DNA of 64,000 bases, from positions 224,001 through 288,000 of the forward strand of contig CAVZVA010000011.1 of NCBI GenBank assembly GCA_963778655.1, given 5' to 3'. A program made the translations under genes and the position numbers. This DNA comes from an uncultured delta proteobacterium (GTDB taxonomy: Bacteria; Myxococcota_A; Polyangia; Polyangiales; JAFGIB01). Under the pieces are notes generated by a model. It had not been told where the DNA came from, made no database searches, and saw only the letters and a list, made by a program, of their open reading frames with translations. Below, piece by piece: positions 48,602 to 58,778 of this stretch. Numbering within the stretch: position 1 is the stretch's first letter; each line of letters opens with the position of its first letter.

Positions 48602-49570
48602 GTGACGCCTGGGAAAAAGGGGCTAGCTCAAGCTCGCGGGATCTCGGACGCGATCCGGCATGCGACGTGTCGGCGCGCGGCGCAGCATGTGGTCCGTGCC
48701 AAGCCGGCCCCTGCGCGTGGGGTCGCCGGCCGCGTGCTCGGTCGATATGCGGCGCGGGCCGCGCTGTTCTTGGCCCTCGCCGCCGCGCTGCTCGCCCGCG
48801 CAGCGGTGGGGCGGGCGTCGGATTTCTGGGACGAGGTCCGCAATCCCGGTCTGGGCGCGCATCGCGCTCACCTGCGCCAGGGCGAGCGCGCGCTGGCCGA
48901 AAACCGCGCGGATCGAGCGCTGGCCGAGGCGGAGACGGCGATCGCCGACTGCGCCGGGTGCGCGGCCGGCTACACCCTGCGCGGGCGCGCGCTCTCGGCC
49001 CTGGGACGCCACGCAGCCGCGGTCAGCGCGTTCGAGCACGCGCTGCAACTGCAAGCAAGCGCGCTCGATGCGAGCGCGGGCGCGCTCACCGCGGCCGCCA
49101 GCGCGATCCGCATCGGCCGCCCCGAGCTCGGGGCTCAGATCCTCGGCCGGGTGCTCGCGCTCGGCGGCGAGACGGTGGCCCGGCCGCGCGCGCTGCAGAT
49201 GCTGGGCGACGCGCTGCAGGCACAGGGACCCCAGCAGCTGCGACGCGCGATCGTCACCTACCAGGAGGCGCTGCAAGAACCGGACGTGCCCAAGGGCACG
49301 CTGCTCGGGCTGGCGCTGGCGCTGTACCGCGACGGAGATCCCGAGCAGGGGCTCGCGCTGGCCCGGCGGGCACCGATCGAGGCCGCGCCGAGCGCGGCCA
49401 AGTGGCTGCCGGAGTCCGAGCGTGCGGCGCGCCTGGCGCTGTGGCTGCGCGCGATCGGCGACGACGAGGCGGCCGACCAGAGTTGGCGAGACGCGGCCGA
49501 CGCCGGCGGGCCCTGGCGCCAGCAGGCGCGCGCGGCGTGCGCGGCACACGCGCGGACGGGTAAGCGATGA
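48602..49570 (+). CDS. TPR-repeat exported protein
   Basis: Ala-rich helical TPR-like repeats; start uncertain, probably downstream; stop overlaps next start. Confidence 0.6.
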   Translation: MTPGKKGLAQARGISDAIRHATCRRAAQHVVRAKPAPARGVAGRVLGRYAARAALFLALAAALLARAAVGRASDFWDEVRNPGLGAHRAHLRQGERALAENRADRALAEAETAIADCAGCAAGYTLRGRALSALGRHAAAVSAFEHALQLQASALDASAGALTAAASAIRIGRPELGAQILGRVLALGGETVARPRALQMLGDALQAQGPQQLRRAIVTYQEALQEPDVPKGTLLGLALALYRDGDPEQGLALARRAPIEAAPSAAKWLPESERAARLALWLRAIGDDEAADQSWRDAADAGGPWRQQARAACAAHARTGKR

Positions 49571-50682
49571 CCAAGGCTATGCGTTCGGCGTTGATCGCGC
49601 TCGCCGTGCTGGCCGCGGCCGCGCAGGCCAGGGCCTCGGCCGGCGGCGCGCCGGCCCAGGATCATCCCAGCGCCCCGCTGTGGCACGACATCGGCCACCG
49701 GGAACAGCGGCGTGCGCACGACCTGATGCAACAGGCGCTGGCCGAGCTGCGCGAGGCCAACCGGCAGCTTCCCAGCGACTGGCGCTCGGTCTGTAACCAC
49801 ACGCTGGGGCCGGGCTTCGGGGCCGAGTCGCTCTCCGCGCTGCGCGGGCGCGAGCGCGCGCTGCGCGAGCTGGCGCGTCAGGCGCTGCGGCGGCGCGCGC
49901 ACATCGACGCGGCGCTGGTGCGCTTGAAGCGGGCGCGCGCGCTGGCGCCGGACGATCCGGAGATCCTGTACACGCTGGGGCGGGTGCTGATGTTGTGGGA
50001 GCAGCCCGCGCCGCTGTACCGGTGCGCGTCCGAGCGGCGCGACCAGGAAGCTGCGCAGGTGATGCAGGAGCTACGCCGGCGCCACCCCACCTTCATGGCC
50101 GAGGCCGTGGCCTTCGACCTGGCGGTGCTGCTCACGCGCCAGGGCAAGTTCGCCGAGGCCGCGAGCAGCTACGCCGAAGCCATCGCGCTCGCGCTCGACG
50201 GCGGCGAGACTGCGGTGACGCGGATGAACCTGGCCGAGGTCACGATGCTCGCGGGCGATCTGGACCGTGCGCTCGAGCACTACGAGCGTGCGCTGCAGAT
50301 GACCGGCGGCGGCCGCGACTACTTGCTGGCGCTGTGGGGCCACGCAGTCGCGCTCGACCGCATGGGTGCGCACGACGGCGCGCTGCAGGACGCGCAGAAA
50401 GCGGTCGCCGCCGAGGGCGGTCACATGCAGGTACTGCGCTCGGAGGGCGTGTTCTTCGAGCCCGAGCACGAGATCGACTACTACGAGGGCCTCGGCCACG
50501 AAGCGCTCTCCACCCAGCCCGACGCCAACCGCGGCGCCGAGCTGCTGGCCGCCGCCGCGAGCTTCGAATCCTTCATCGCGTCCGCTGGCGACGCCGGCGC
50601 CTTCACCCCAGCCGCGCGCGCCGACCTCGAGCGCATCAAGACCGAGCTCCACGCCTTGCAGGGGAAGAGCCCTTCGCACTGA
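49567..50682 (+). CDS. TPR-repeat exported protein
   Basis: Signal peptide; TPR motifs (NLAEVTMLAGDLDRALEHYERAL). Confidence 0.7.
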   Translation: MTKAMRSALIALAVLAAAAQARASAGGAPAQDHPSAPLWHDIGHREQRRAHDLMQQALAELREANRQLPSDWRSVCNHTLGPGFGAESLSALRGRERALRELARQALRRRAHIDAALVRLKRARALAPDDPEILYTLGRVLMLWEQPAPLYRCASERRDQEAAQVMQELRRRHPTFMAEAVAFDLAVLLTRQGKFAEAASSYAEAIALALDGGETAVTRMNLAEVTMLAGDLDRALEHYERALQMTGGGRDYLLALWGHAVALDRMGAHDGALQDAQKAVAAEGGHMQVLRSEGVFFEPEHEIDYYEGLGHEALSTQPDANRGAELLAAAASFESFIASAGDAGAFTPAARADLERIKTELHALQGKSPSH

Positions 50683-50775
50683 CGCGACGAGGAAGCGCAG
50701 CGACCCACGCCGGAGGGTGGGTCCCGTTGGGCTTTTCCCAACGGGCGGGAGGGGCGCGTGCCCCTCCCGGATAAA

Positions 50776-51969
50776 TCACCGCGCGACCACTACCGCCGAG
50801 ACGTTGCCGTAGAAGCCGACCGAGAGCACCAGCACGTGCTGCAGGCGTGCGGGCGGCGCGCCGCGCACCAGCGGGCCGACCGGCGCGCCGTCGAACCAGC
50901 CGAGCGCGCATGCGACGCCCAGCGCCCCGCTCGCGCCGAAGGTCTCGCCGTATAACGCCTTGGGCGCCGCGACCGCGACCTCGCGCCCGAGCGCCCGCTC
51001 GATCGCCTCGAGCTCCGCGCGATCGAACGCCGCCATCCCGCCCAGCGATGCGCACACCGCGTCGACGGCGTCGGGCGCGATCGCCGCGTCCCGTAGCGCC
51101 ATCGCGATCGTGCGCTCGACCGCGCGCGCCGACGCGTGCACGATGGTAGCCTCCGATTCCGGCGGCTCGAAGGCGTTGCCGTAGCCGATCACGCGCCCAT
51201 AGAGCCTGGCTCCGCGCCGTGTCGCATCCTGCTCGCGCTCCAGGATCAGGTACGCGGCGCCCTCCCCCAGGCGCATGCCCTGGCTCTCCGGGAAGCCGGG
51301 AAGGTAACGCCGCTCGCCCTCGGCCAGGGTCTCGAGCTTGCGAAACGCGAGGTAGAGCGGCTCGCTGAGCACCTCGCCGCCGCCGACCAGAAAGGCGTCG
51401 GCGCGGCCGTTGCGCAGGTGGGTCTCGCTGGTCAACACCGCGTCCAGCGCGCCGCAGTTTCCGTCGACCACGGTCACGTTGGGCGCGCGCAGATCCTCCC
51501 AGATGCTGACGTAGCCGGCCGCAGAGTTGATCACGGTGTTGGGAAAACGGCTGGGATTGACGAAGCGCGGGTCTTGCAGCTCCGCGACCTGCACCAGCTC
51601 GTTGATCGAATCGAGTGAGCCGTAGGCGGTGGCCGAGCATAGCCCGACCCGTTCGGCCCCGTACACCGAGTGCGCGCCGTCGCGCTTGAGGCCCGCGTCT
51701 TCCAGCGCCTGCTTGGCGGCTACCAGCAGAAACAGCGTGAGCCGGTCGTGGTTGCGCAGGCCCTTGCTGCCGAGAAACGGCGTCGGGTCGAAGCCCCACA
51801 CCTCGGCCGCGAGCGGCGCCGGGATCTTCTCGGCGGAGAGCACTCTGCAGTCGCTGCGAAAGGCTGCACCGCCCAGCACCGCCGGCTCGGAGAGCCCGTG
51901 GCGAAACGCCGCAAAGCCAGTGCCGATCGGGCTGACCAGGCCAACCCCGGTGATGGCGAGCGGCCTCAC
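50776..51969 (-). CDS. ketosynthase-like chain-length factor (non-catalytic KS beta)
   Basis: KS fold (AITGVGLVSPIG, GEGAAYLILE); catalytic Cys position reads DGNCG with Asn aligned; HGTGT replaced by SLGGM; GH replaced by GE; GTG start overlaps KS stop. Confidence 0.8.
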   Translation of the reverse strand: MRPLAITGVGLVSPIGTGFAAFRHGLSEPAVLGGAAFRSDCRVLSAEKIPAPLAAEVWGFDPTPFLGSKGLRNHDRLTLFLLVAAKQALEDAGLKRDGAHSVYGAERVGLCSATAYGSLDSINELVQVAELQDPRFVNPSRFPNTVINSAAGYVSIWEDLRAPNVTVVDGNCGALDAVLTSETHLRNGRADAFLVGGGEVLSEPLYLAFRKLETLAEGERRYLPGFPESQGMRLGEGAAYLILEREQDATRRGARLYGRVIGYGNAFEPPESEATIVHASARAVERTIAMALRDAAIAPDAVDAVCASLGGMAAFDRAELEAIERALGREVAVAAPKALYGETFGASGALGVACALGWFDGAPVGPLVRGAPPARLQHVLVLSVGFYGNVSAVVVAR

Positions 51970-53207
51970 TGGGGCAGCGCAGGCTGCGGCTCGGGCAGCA
52001 CGTCCGGGCGAGCAAAGGTCACGACCGCGTCGTAGCCGCCGAAGGCGAGCGAGTTGTTGAGCACCACGTCCGCCTTGCCGCTGGCGGCGCGGTTGGCGAC
52101 CAGGTTGACGGCACACTCGGGGTCCGGCGTCTCATAGCTCATGGTAGGCGGATAGACCCCGGTCTGCACCGTCATCACGCAGGCCACCGCCTCGAGCGCG
52201 CTGGCCGCGCCCATGCAGTGGCCGATCATGCTCTTGAGGCTGCTGACCGGGATCGAGCGCTCGCCGAACACCTCGCGCACCACGTGCGACTCGATCTTGT
52301 CGTTGGCCTGGGTGCCGGTGCCGTGCGCGTTGATAAAGTCCACCGCGTCCGGCGTGATCCCGCTGCGCGCGATCGCATCGCGCATCGCCCTCAGGCTGCC
52401 CGCGCCTTCGGGGTGCGGGCGCGTGATGTGGTGCGCGTCGCAGGCCAGGCCGCAGCCGCCGACCTCGGCCAGCGCGGTGGCGCCGCGCCGCAACGCGTGC
52501 GCTTCGGACTCGAGCACCAGGATGGCCGAGCCCTCGCCGATGATGATGCCGCGGCGGTTCTTGTCGAAGGGCTGGCAGCGCTCGGGCGCCACCGCGCCCA
52601 GGCGCACGAAGCCGGCGAACTGGTGCTTCTGCAGCAGCTCGCTGCCGCCGGTGATGACCACGTCGGCGCGTCCCTCGCGGATCAGATCCGCCGCGTAGGC
52701 GATGGCGTAGTTGCCGGCGGCGCAGGCCGCGGGCAGCGCCTGCACCATGCCGCGCGCGCCGAACGCACGCGCCAGGTGGATCGGCAGCAGGCTGGTGCCG
52801 TAGAGCGGCATCTTGGCCACGTTGAGCGCGTCGGCGCCCTTGCGGATCCAGGTGTCCTCGAGATGACCGATCACGTCGGCCTCGCCCATCGTCGTTCCGA
52901 TGATGACCGAGGTGCGCTCGCCGGCCAGGTGCTCGGGCGCGAGCCGCGCGTCCTCCACGGCCATGCGCGCGCCCGCCAGCGCGAACGCCGAGCAACGCCC
53001 GGTGCGCCGCGCCTCGGCGCTGGTCAGGAAGTCGCGCGGGCGGAAGCTCTTCACCTCGCCCGCGATCGAGCGATCGAGCCCGTAGGTGTCGAAGCTGTCG
53101 ACCGACGAAAAGCCGGTGCGGCCGGCCACGATGCCGTCCCAAAACGCCTGGCGCCCAAGCCCCAACGAGCTCACCACGCCCATTCCGGTCACGAGCACAC
53201 GACCCAT
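51966..53207 (-). CDS. beta-ketoacyl-ACP synthase (FabF-like KS alpha)
   Basis: AACAAG, NAHGTGT, KSMIGHCMGA, NSLAFGG. Confidence 0.92.
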   Translation of the reverse strand: MGRVLVTGMGVVSSLGLGRQAFWDGIVAGRTGFSSVDSFDTYGLDRSIAGEVKSFRPRDFLTSAEARRTGRCSAFALAGARMAVEDARLAPEHLAGERTSVIIGTTMGEADVIGHLEDTWIRKGADALNVAKMPLYGTSLLPIHLARAFGARGMVQALPAACAAGNYAIAYAADLIREGRADVVITGGSELLQKHQFAGFVRLGAVAPERCQPFDKNRRGIIIGEGSAILVLESEAHALRRGATALAEVGGCGLACDAHHITRPHPEGAGSLRAMRDAIARSGITPDAVDFINAHGTGTQANDKIESHVVREVFGERSIPVSSLKSMIGHCMGAASALEAVACVMTVQTGVYPPTMSYETPDPECAVNLVANRAASGKADVVLNNSLAFGGYDAVVTFARPDVLPEPQPALPQ

Positions 53208-53347
53208 ACTTGCGCGCAACCTATACCGGACCCCCCAGGGGTCCGCAACCTTTCGCAGCGCCGTTCCATTGGCCGATTGGCCTAATTTTGCCGAGGTTTT
53301 CGCGCGGCTTGACAGCTTTGCCCGGCGGCTTCTACATACCCCGCGCC

Positions 53348-55032
53348 ATGACGCGGCCCAAGCCGAGCACGCTGATCGATGCGCTCGCCTCGCTGCCGGC
53401 AAGCGTCGAGCGCGGCTTTCGCTTCCGCGGGCTTGACGCAACCGATCGCTTCTTTCAGTGGCGCGAGGTCGAGCGCGAGGCGCGCCGGCGAGGCGCGCTG
53501 CTGCTCGATTCAGGACTGGCGAAAGGCGATCGGCTGGCGCTGGTGATTGCGGAGCCGCATGAGTTCGTGCTGACCTTCTTGGGCGCGGTGGTCGCCGGCA
53601 TCGTGCCGGTGCCGATGTATCCGCGCGCCAGCTTCAAAGCCAAGAACGCCTACGTCGACACGGTCAGCCACATCGTGCAGGCGGCCGGCGCGCGCGTGCT
53701 GGCGACGCTCGAAGGCACCCGGGACGTGGCCGAGGAGGTGCTCGGGCGTGGCACCGGCCTCGAGAAAATTATCATGGCGGAAGAATTTTCCGCGCCGATC
53801 GCAGCCCCCCGCGCGATCCGTCCTGGCCCCGCATCGCTCCCGCCGACCTGTGCTTTCTGCAGTTCACCTCCGGCAGCACCTCGCTGCCCAAGGGCGTGAT
53901 GGTCACCCACGGCAACCTGATCGCGAACGCCGATGCGTTCCTCGGGCCGTGCGGGATCGACCGCCGCGAGCAGGACATCGCGATCACCTGGCTGCCGCTG
54001 TTCCACGACATGGGCCTGATCGGCTTCGTGCTCGGCACGATCGTGCACGACATCCCGACCGTGCTGCTGCCGACCGAGGCCTTCGCGCGCAGGCCAACGA
54101 TGTGGATGCAGGCGATGCACGAGTACGGCGGCACGATCACCTTCGCGCCCAACTTCGCCTACTCGCTCGCGGTCAAGCGCTCGCGCGACAAGGATCTCGA
54201 AGGCCTCGACCTGTCGCGGATCCGCATCGCGGGCTGCGGCGCCGAGCCGATCAACGCGCAGGTCATGCGCTCGTTCGCGGACCGCTTCGCGCCCGTCGGC
54301 TTCGATCCGCGCGCGCTGCTGCCCTGCTACGGCATGGCCGAAGCCACGCTCGCGATCAGCTTCTACCGCCATGACGCCGAGATGAAGGTGGATCGGGTCA
54401 GCGCCGAAGCGATGAAGCGAGGCCAGGCCACCCCCGCGCGGCCGGACGAAGACAGCCTGGAGCTGGTGTCGTGCGGGCCGGCCTTCCCCGGCCATGCGAT
54501 CGAAATCGTCGACGAGAGCGGCCGCCGTTTACCCGAGCGCGGCGTCGGCGAGATCATAACCCGCGGTCCCAGCGTGACCGCAGGTTACTACGGCAACCCG
54601 AGCCTCACCGCGGAGTGCTACCGCGATGGCTGGCTGCACACCGGCGACCTCGGCTATCTGGCCGGAGGCGAGGTCTACGTGTGCGGCCGGATCAAGGACC
54701 TGATCATCATCCGCGGCGCGAACTTCTATCCCCAGGACATCGAGTGGGCGGTCGCGGAGGTGCCGGGCGTGCGCCGCGACAACGTGGTCGCGTTCAGCGT
54801 GATGAAGAACGGCGAGGAGACGCTGGTGGTCTCGGCCGAAGGCAACGGCAGCGACGCGCCCGAGCTGCGCAAAGCGATTGCGGTCAAGGTGGCACAGACC
54901 GCCGGCCTGACCGTGGGCCACGTCGTGATCGTGCGCGTCGGCAGCCTGCCCAAGACCTCGAGCGGCAAGGTGCAGCGCCGCAGAACCAAGCAGCTGTTCG
55001 AGCAGGGGCTGCTAGACGAGCACCCAACCTGA
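53348..55032 (+). pseudogene. fatty acyl-AMP ligase (FAAL), split by a frameshift (real or sequencing error)
   Basis: N-half from ATG 53348; LQFTSGSTSLPKGV, WLPLFHDMGLIG, YGMAEATL, TGDLG and PKTSSGK lie in another frame; one extra C in the C6 run at 53805-53810 restores a single ORF. Confidence 0.85.
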
Positions 55033-55049
55033 GCGAAGCGGGAGCGAGC

Positions 55050-55332
55050 ATGTCCAACCAGGAGCTGAAGCAAAAGCTGCGGGCGATCGTCGCGGAGGTG
55101 GCCGAGCTCGACGACGTGCCGGATGCGACGCCGTTCAAGGACCTCGGCATCGACTCGATGATGGCGATCGAGATCATCGCGGACGTAGAGCGCACCTACA
55201 AGATCAGAGATCCCAGAGTCGGAGCTCGAGCAGATCACCGACCTCGAGTCGGTGGTCGCAGTGGTCGAATCCAAGCTCGCGGGCGGCAGCTACAATCAGA
55301 GCTCGCGATTCGGGATCGAATCACAACGCTGA
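55050..55332 (+). pseudogene. acyl carrier protein with a +1 frameshift (real or sequencing error)
   Basis: MSNQELKQKLRAIVAEVAEL...DLGIDSMMAIEIIADVERTYKI; the tail EIPESELEQITDLESVVAVVESKL continues in another frame after about 55207. Confidence 0.85.
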
Positions 55333-55333
55333 T

Positions 55334-56296
55334 CTAGCTCGATGCCGCTTCCAGCACGCGGAGGCCGGCGGCTTGCAGCATGTCGAGGTCGGCGTCGCGC
55401 TCGGGGTTTTCGGTGGTGAGCAGCTTCTCGCCGAAGAAGATCGAGTTTGCGCCCGCCATGAAGCACAGCAGCTGCGCCTCCTTGCTCAGCTTGTGGCGGC
55501 CGGCGGAGAGCCGCACGCGCGCGTGCGGCACCAGGATGCGCGCGGTCGCGCACATCCGCACCAGCTCGAACGCATCCACCTCGGGCCTGTCCTGCAGCGG
55601 CGTGCCGGCGACCGCAGAGAGCGCGTTGATCGGAACGCTCTCGGGCTGGGGGTCGAGGTTTGCCAGCGTCTGCAGCAGGCGGCAGCGGTCGTCGATCGAC
55701 TCTCCCATGCCGACGATGCCGCCGCAGCAGAGCTGGATGCCGGCCCGCGCCACGTGCTCGATCGTGCGCAAGCGCTCGTCGTAGTCGCGGGTGGAGATGA
55801 TCGAGCCGTAGAACTCGCGCGAGGTGTCGAGGTTGTGGTTGTAGGCGGTAAGGCCGGCCTCGGCCAGCCGCCGCGCCTGCTCGACGTCCAGCATGCCGAT
55901 CGTCACGCACGCCTCGAGCCCGAGCGCACGCACACCGCGCACCATCGCGAGCACCCGCTCGAACTGCTCGCCCTGCCGCGCGTCGCGCCAGGCCGCGCCC
56001 ATGCAGAAGCGGCTCGCGCCGCCGGCCTTGGCGCGGGCCGCGCTCGCCAGCACCTGCGCGACCGGCAGCAGGGCCTCGGGCTTGACGCCGGTCTTGTAGT
56101 GCGCGCTCTGCGGGCAGTACGCGCAATCCTCCGGGCAACCGCCGGTCTTGATCGAAAGCAGCGTGCAGAGCTGGACCGCGTCCGGCTGGTGGTGCTGGCG
56201 ATGGGCCTGCTGCGCTCGGTGCAATAGCTCGGTCAGCGGCAGGTCGTGGATCGCGCGCACCTCGAGCAGCGTCCAGCTATGTCGCGTATCGCTCAT
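55334..56296 (-). CDS. bioB: biotin synthase
   Basis: [62 protein letters not shown]. Confidence 0.97.
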   Translation of the reverse strand: MSDTRHSWTLLEVRAIHDLPLTELLHRAQQAHRQHHQPDAVQLCTLLSIKTGGCPEDCAYCPQSAHYKTGVKPEALLPVAQVLASAARAKAGGASRFCMGAAWRDARQGEQFERVLAMVRGVRALGLEACVTIGMLDVEQARRLAEAGLTAYNHNLDTSREFYGSIISTRDYDERLRTIEHVARAGIQLCCGGIVGMGESIDDRCRLLQTLANLDPQPESVPINALSAVAGTPLQDRPEVDAFELVRMCATARILVPHARVRLSAGRHKLSKEAQLLCFMAGANSIFFGEKLLTTENPERDADLDMLQAAGLRVLEAASS

Positions 56297-56434
56297 GTCC
56301 GGCTCCGCGTCCGGCTCCGCGTCCGGGCTCGGCCGACCGCAGGATTCAGAGGCGCTAGGCTGTAGCGGGTTGCAGTCCGTTTCGCAAGCAGCGCGGCCTT
56401 GACGGCAGACCCTCGGCGGTCGAATCTGCTGAGA

Positions 56435-57520
56435 ATGAGCGATGTCGTCTCCGAGGCAGCCCCGGCCGCGGGCTCCCCGGATCCCCGCGCCGACCCCGAC
56501 CTGGCGGCGGCCTTCAGTATGCACGTGAGCAGCAGCCCGCCGCTCGCGTGGCTGGCCGCGTGCGCTGCGCTCGCCGCGATGGGCATCAACCAGCTGGTCC
56601 TGCCCGGCCTGGCGGAGACTGCGCGTCACGCGCTGCTGCACAACCTCGAGCGCTGGGGCGCGTTCTGCACCAACTTGAGCGCGATCTCGGGGCTGATCGC
56701 GCTCGGCTTCGGGCTGCTGGCTTTCATCCGTTACAGCACGATGGTCGAGCTGAGGCAGCGTCTGCTGCTCGGCGCCTTCGCCGGCATCTTCCTGCCCAGC
56801 ATCGCGGTCGCTGCGCTGTTCGAGCGCCAGCGCACCACCGCACAGGTCGTGGTGTTCGCGATCGGTGCCGCGCAGGTGCTGGGCGCGATCGTGAGCACCA
56901 GCGCTGCGCGCGCTGCCCCTTCGCGTTTCGCGCGCGCGGTCGCGTGGTGCGCGGCCGCGATGGCCATCTTCACGTTGCTCGCGCAGGTCGGCCAGGTGAT
57001 GTCGGAGCTTCACCTCTCGGTCGTGCTGGCGCGCGCGCAGCAGATCATGCAGAGCGCCGGCGAGGCTTGCTACCTGCTGCTCTTGTGCAGCATCGCTCCG
57101 CTGCTGCTGCCCTCGCGGGCCGGCACCCGTTCGCGGCTGGCGAGGTTGGCGGGCTTCTTCGTGTTGCCGATCGCGCTGGGCGCGCTCTACATGGCGGAGG
57201 CGGCGCTGGAAAACGACTACGCGCTGCTGCTCTATCACGCGCAGCGCGTCACGCTGTTCATCGACAGCTGGCCGCAGATCTACGCCGTGCCCATCGGCCT
57301 CGCCCTCTCGGGCAGCCTGGCCGCGGTGCTGGCCAAGGACCCCGTGCGCAGGCAAGCCGCCGCAGGCGTGCTGCTGCTGCTCAGCTCGGGCTACGCGCCT
57401 CACGCGCCGGGTCGCCTGCTAACCTGCACGCTGTCGATGGTCTTGATCGCGCGCGCGCTGATCGCGCCCGGCCAGCCGCCCGCGCCCAGGCCAGCGGAGA
57501 CGAAGGCCGCGCCGGGATAG
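56435..57520 (+). CDS. hypothetical polytopic membrane protein
   Basis: Many hydrophobic segments; host-like codon bias. Confidence 0.65.
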   Translation: MSDVVSEAAPAAGSPDPRADPDLAAAFSMHVSSSPPLAWLAACAALAAMGINQLVLPGLAETARHALLHNLERWGAFCTNLSAISGLIALGFGLLAFIRYSTMVELRQRLLLGAFAGIFLPSIAVAALFERQRTTAQVVVFAIGAAQVLGAIVSTSAARAAPSRFARAVAWCAAAMAIFTLLAQVGQVMSELHLSVVLARAQQIMQSAGEACYLLLLCSIAPLLLPSRAGTRSRLARLAGFFVLPIALGALYMAEAALENDYALLLYHAQRVTLFIDSWPQIYAVPIGLALSGSLAAVLAKDPVRRQAAAGVLLLLSSGYAPHAPGRLLTCTLSMVLIARALIAPGQPPAPRPAETKAAPG

Positions 57521-57572
57521 CGGGCGTCTCCGCGCCGGGCCGAGCGGACACGAAGCGCCATCAACGGTCGCG

Positions 57573-58778
57573 TCAGCCCAAGCTTGCGATCGCGGTGCTG
57601 ATGCGCTCGACGGCTTGGTCGAGCTGGGGCTGGGCGGTGGTGAAGGAGAGGCGTACGTAGCCCGGCGCGTGGAACGCGCTGCCCGGCACCACGGCCACGC
57701 GCGCGCGCTCGAGCAGCCAGCGCGCCAGCTCCACGTCGTCGCGCAGCCCAGCGCGGGCGAGCAGGCCGTCGACGCCGGCCAGCAGGTAGAACGCACCGTC
57801 GGGCTTGCGCACGCGCAGCCCGGGCAGCGCGCTCAGCGTCGCGTGCAGGCGCTCGCGGCGGCGAGCGAGCTCGGTGCGCATCTGCAGCAGCTCGCCCTCG
57901 TCGCCCTCGAGCGCGGCCTGGGCCGCGAGCTGGCACAGCGCCGCGACACTGGTGGTGGCCTGGCTCTGCACGGCCTCGCAGGCGCGTGCCAGCCGCGTCG
58001 GACCGAGCATCCAGCCGACGCGGTAGCCGGTCATCGCGTAGCGCTTGCTCACACCGTCGACGACGACGATGCGCTCGCGCAGGTCGGGCGCCAGCTCCAA
58101 GAGCGAGACGGAACGCGCGCCGTCGTAGCGCAGCTCGGCGTAGATCTCGTCGACGATCACCAGTGCCGTGCCACCGCTGCGCCGCAACACCTCGGCCAGC
58201 GCCCGCAGGGCGTCGGCGTCATAGGCGGCGCCGCTCGGGTTGTTGGGCGTGCACAGCAAGAGCGCCTTGGTGCGCGGGCCGAGCGCGGCGGCGAGCGCCT
58301 CGGGACGGATCCGGAAGCCGTCGGCTTCCGCCCCGGACAGCAGCACCGGGGTCGCGCCGCACAGTCGTACTTGCTCCGCGTAGCTGCCCCAGGCGGGCAC
58401 CGGGATCACGACCTCGTCGCCGTGGTCGAACAACGCCTGCGCCAGGTTGAACAGCGTGTGCTTGGCGCCGGCGCTGACCACCACCTGCTCAGGCTCGTGG
58501 CGCACCCCGCGCCGGCGCTGCGAGTCGGCGCAGATCGCCGCGCGCAGCGGGCGCAGCCCCGCCACCTCGGTGTAGCGGCTGCCACTGCCGTCGGCGAGCG
58601 CGCGCTCGACGGCAGCCCGCACGCGCGGCGGCGGCTGGAAATCGGGCTCCCCGACCGCGAGCGAGATCACGTCCGCGCCCAGCGCGCGCAACTCCGCCAC
58701 GCGGCGAAAGATCGCGGCCGTGGCCGACTCGGCCATGCGCTCCATGCGCGCCGCCAGCGCGGGCGCCGGCCCCCTCAT
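57573..58778 (-). CDS. aspartate aminotransferase-like PLP enzyme
   Basis: LAVGEPDF, GAKHTL, TPNNPSG, DEIY, GVSKRYAMTGYRVG. Confidence 0.92.
   Translation of the reverse strand: MRGPAPALAARMERMAESATAAIFRRVAELRALGADVISLAVGEPDFQPPPRVRAAVERALADGSGSRYTEVAGLRPLRAAICADSQRRRGVRHEPEQVVVSAGAKHTLFNLAQALFDHGDEVVIPVPAWGSYAEQVRLCGATPVLLSGAEADGFRIRPEALAAALGPRTKALLLCTPNNPSGAAYDADALRALAEVLRRSGGTALVIVDEIYAELRYDGARSVSLLELAPDLRERIVVVDGVSKRYAMTGYRVGWMLGPTRLARACEAVQSQATTSVAALCQLAAQAALEGDEGELLQMRTELARRRERLHATLSALPGLRVRKPDGAFYLLAGVDGLLARAGLRDDVELARWLLERARVAVVPGSAFHAPGYVRLSFTTAQPQLDQAVERISTAIASLG

Noticed and set aside
53309..53338. TTGACA box upstream of the FAAL gene
   Set aside because: No convincing -10 element at 16-18 nt spacing, so it was not called as a promoter
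56299..56330. 12-bp tandem repeat GGCTCCGCGTCC upstream of bioB
   Set aside because: Only about 2.5 copies in GC-rich DNA; no functional evidence
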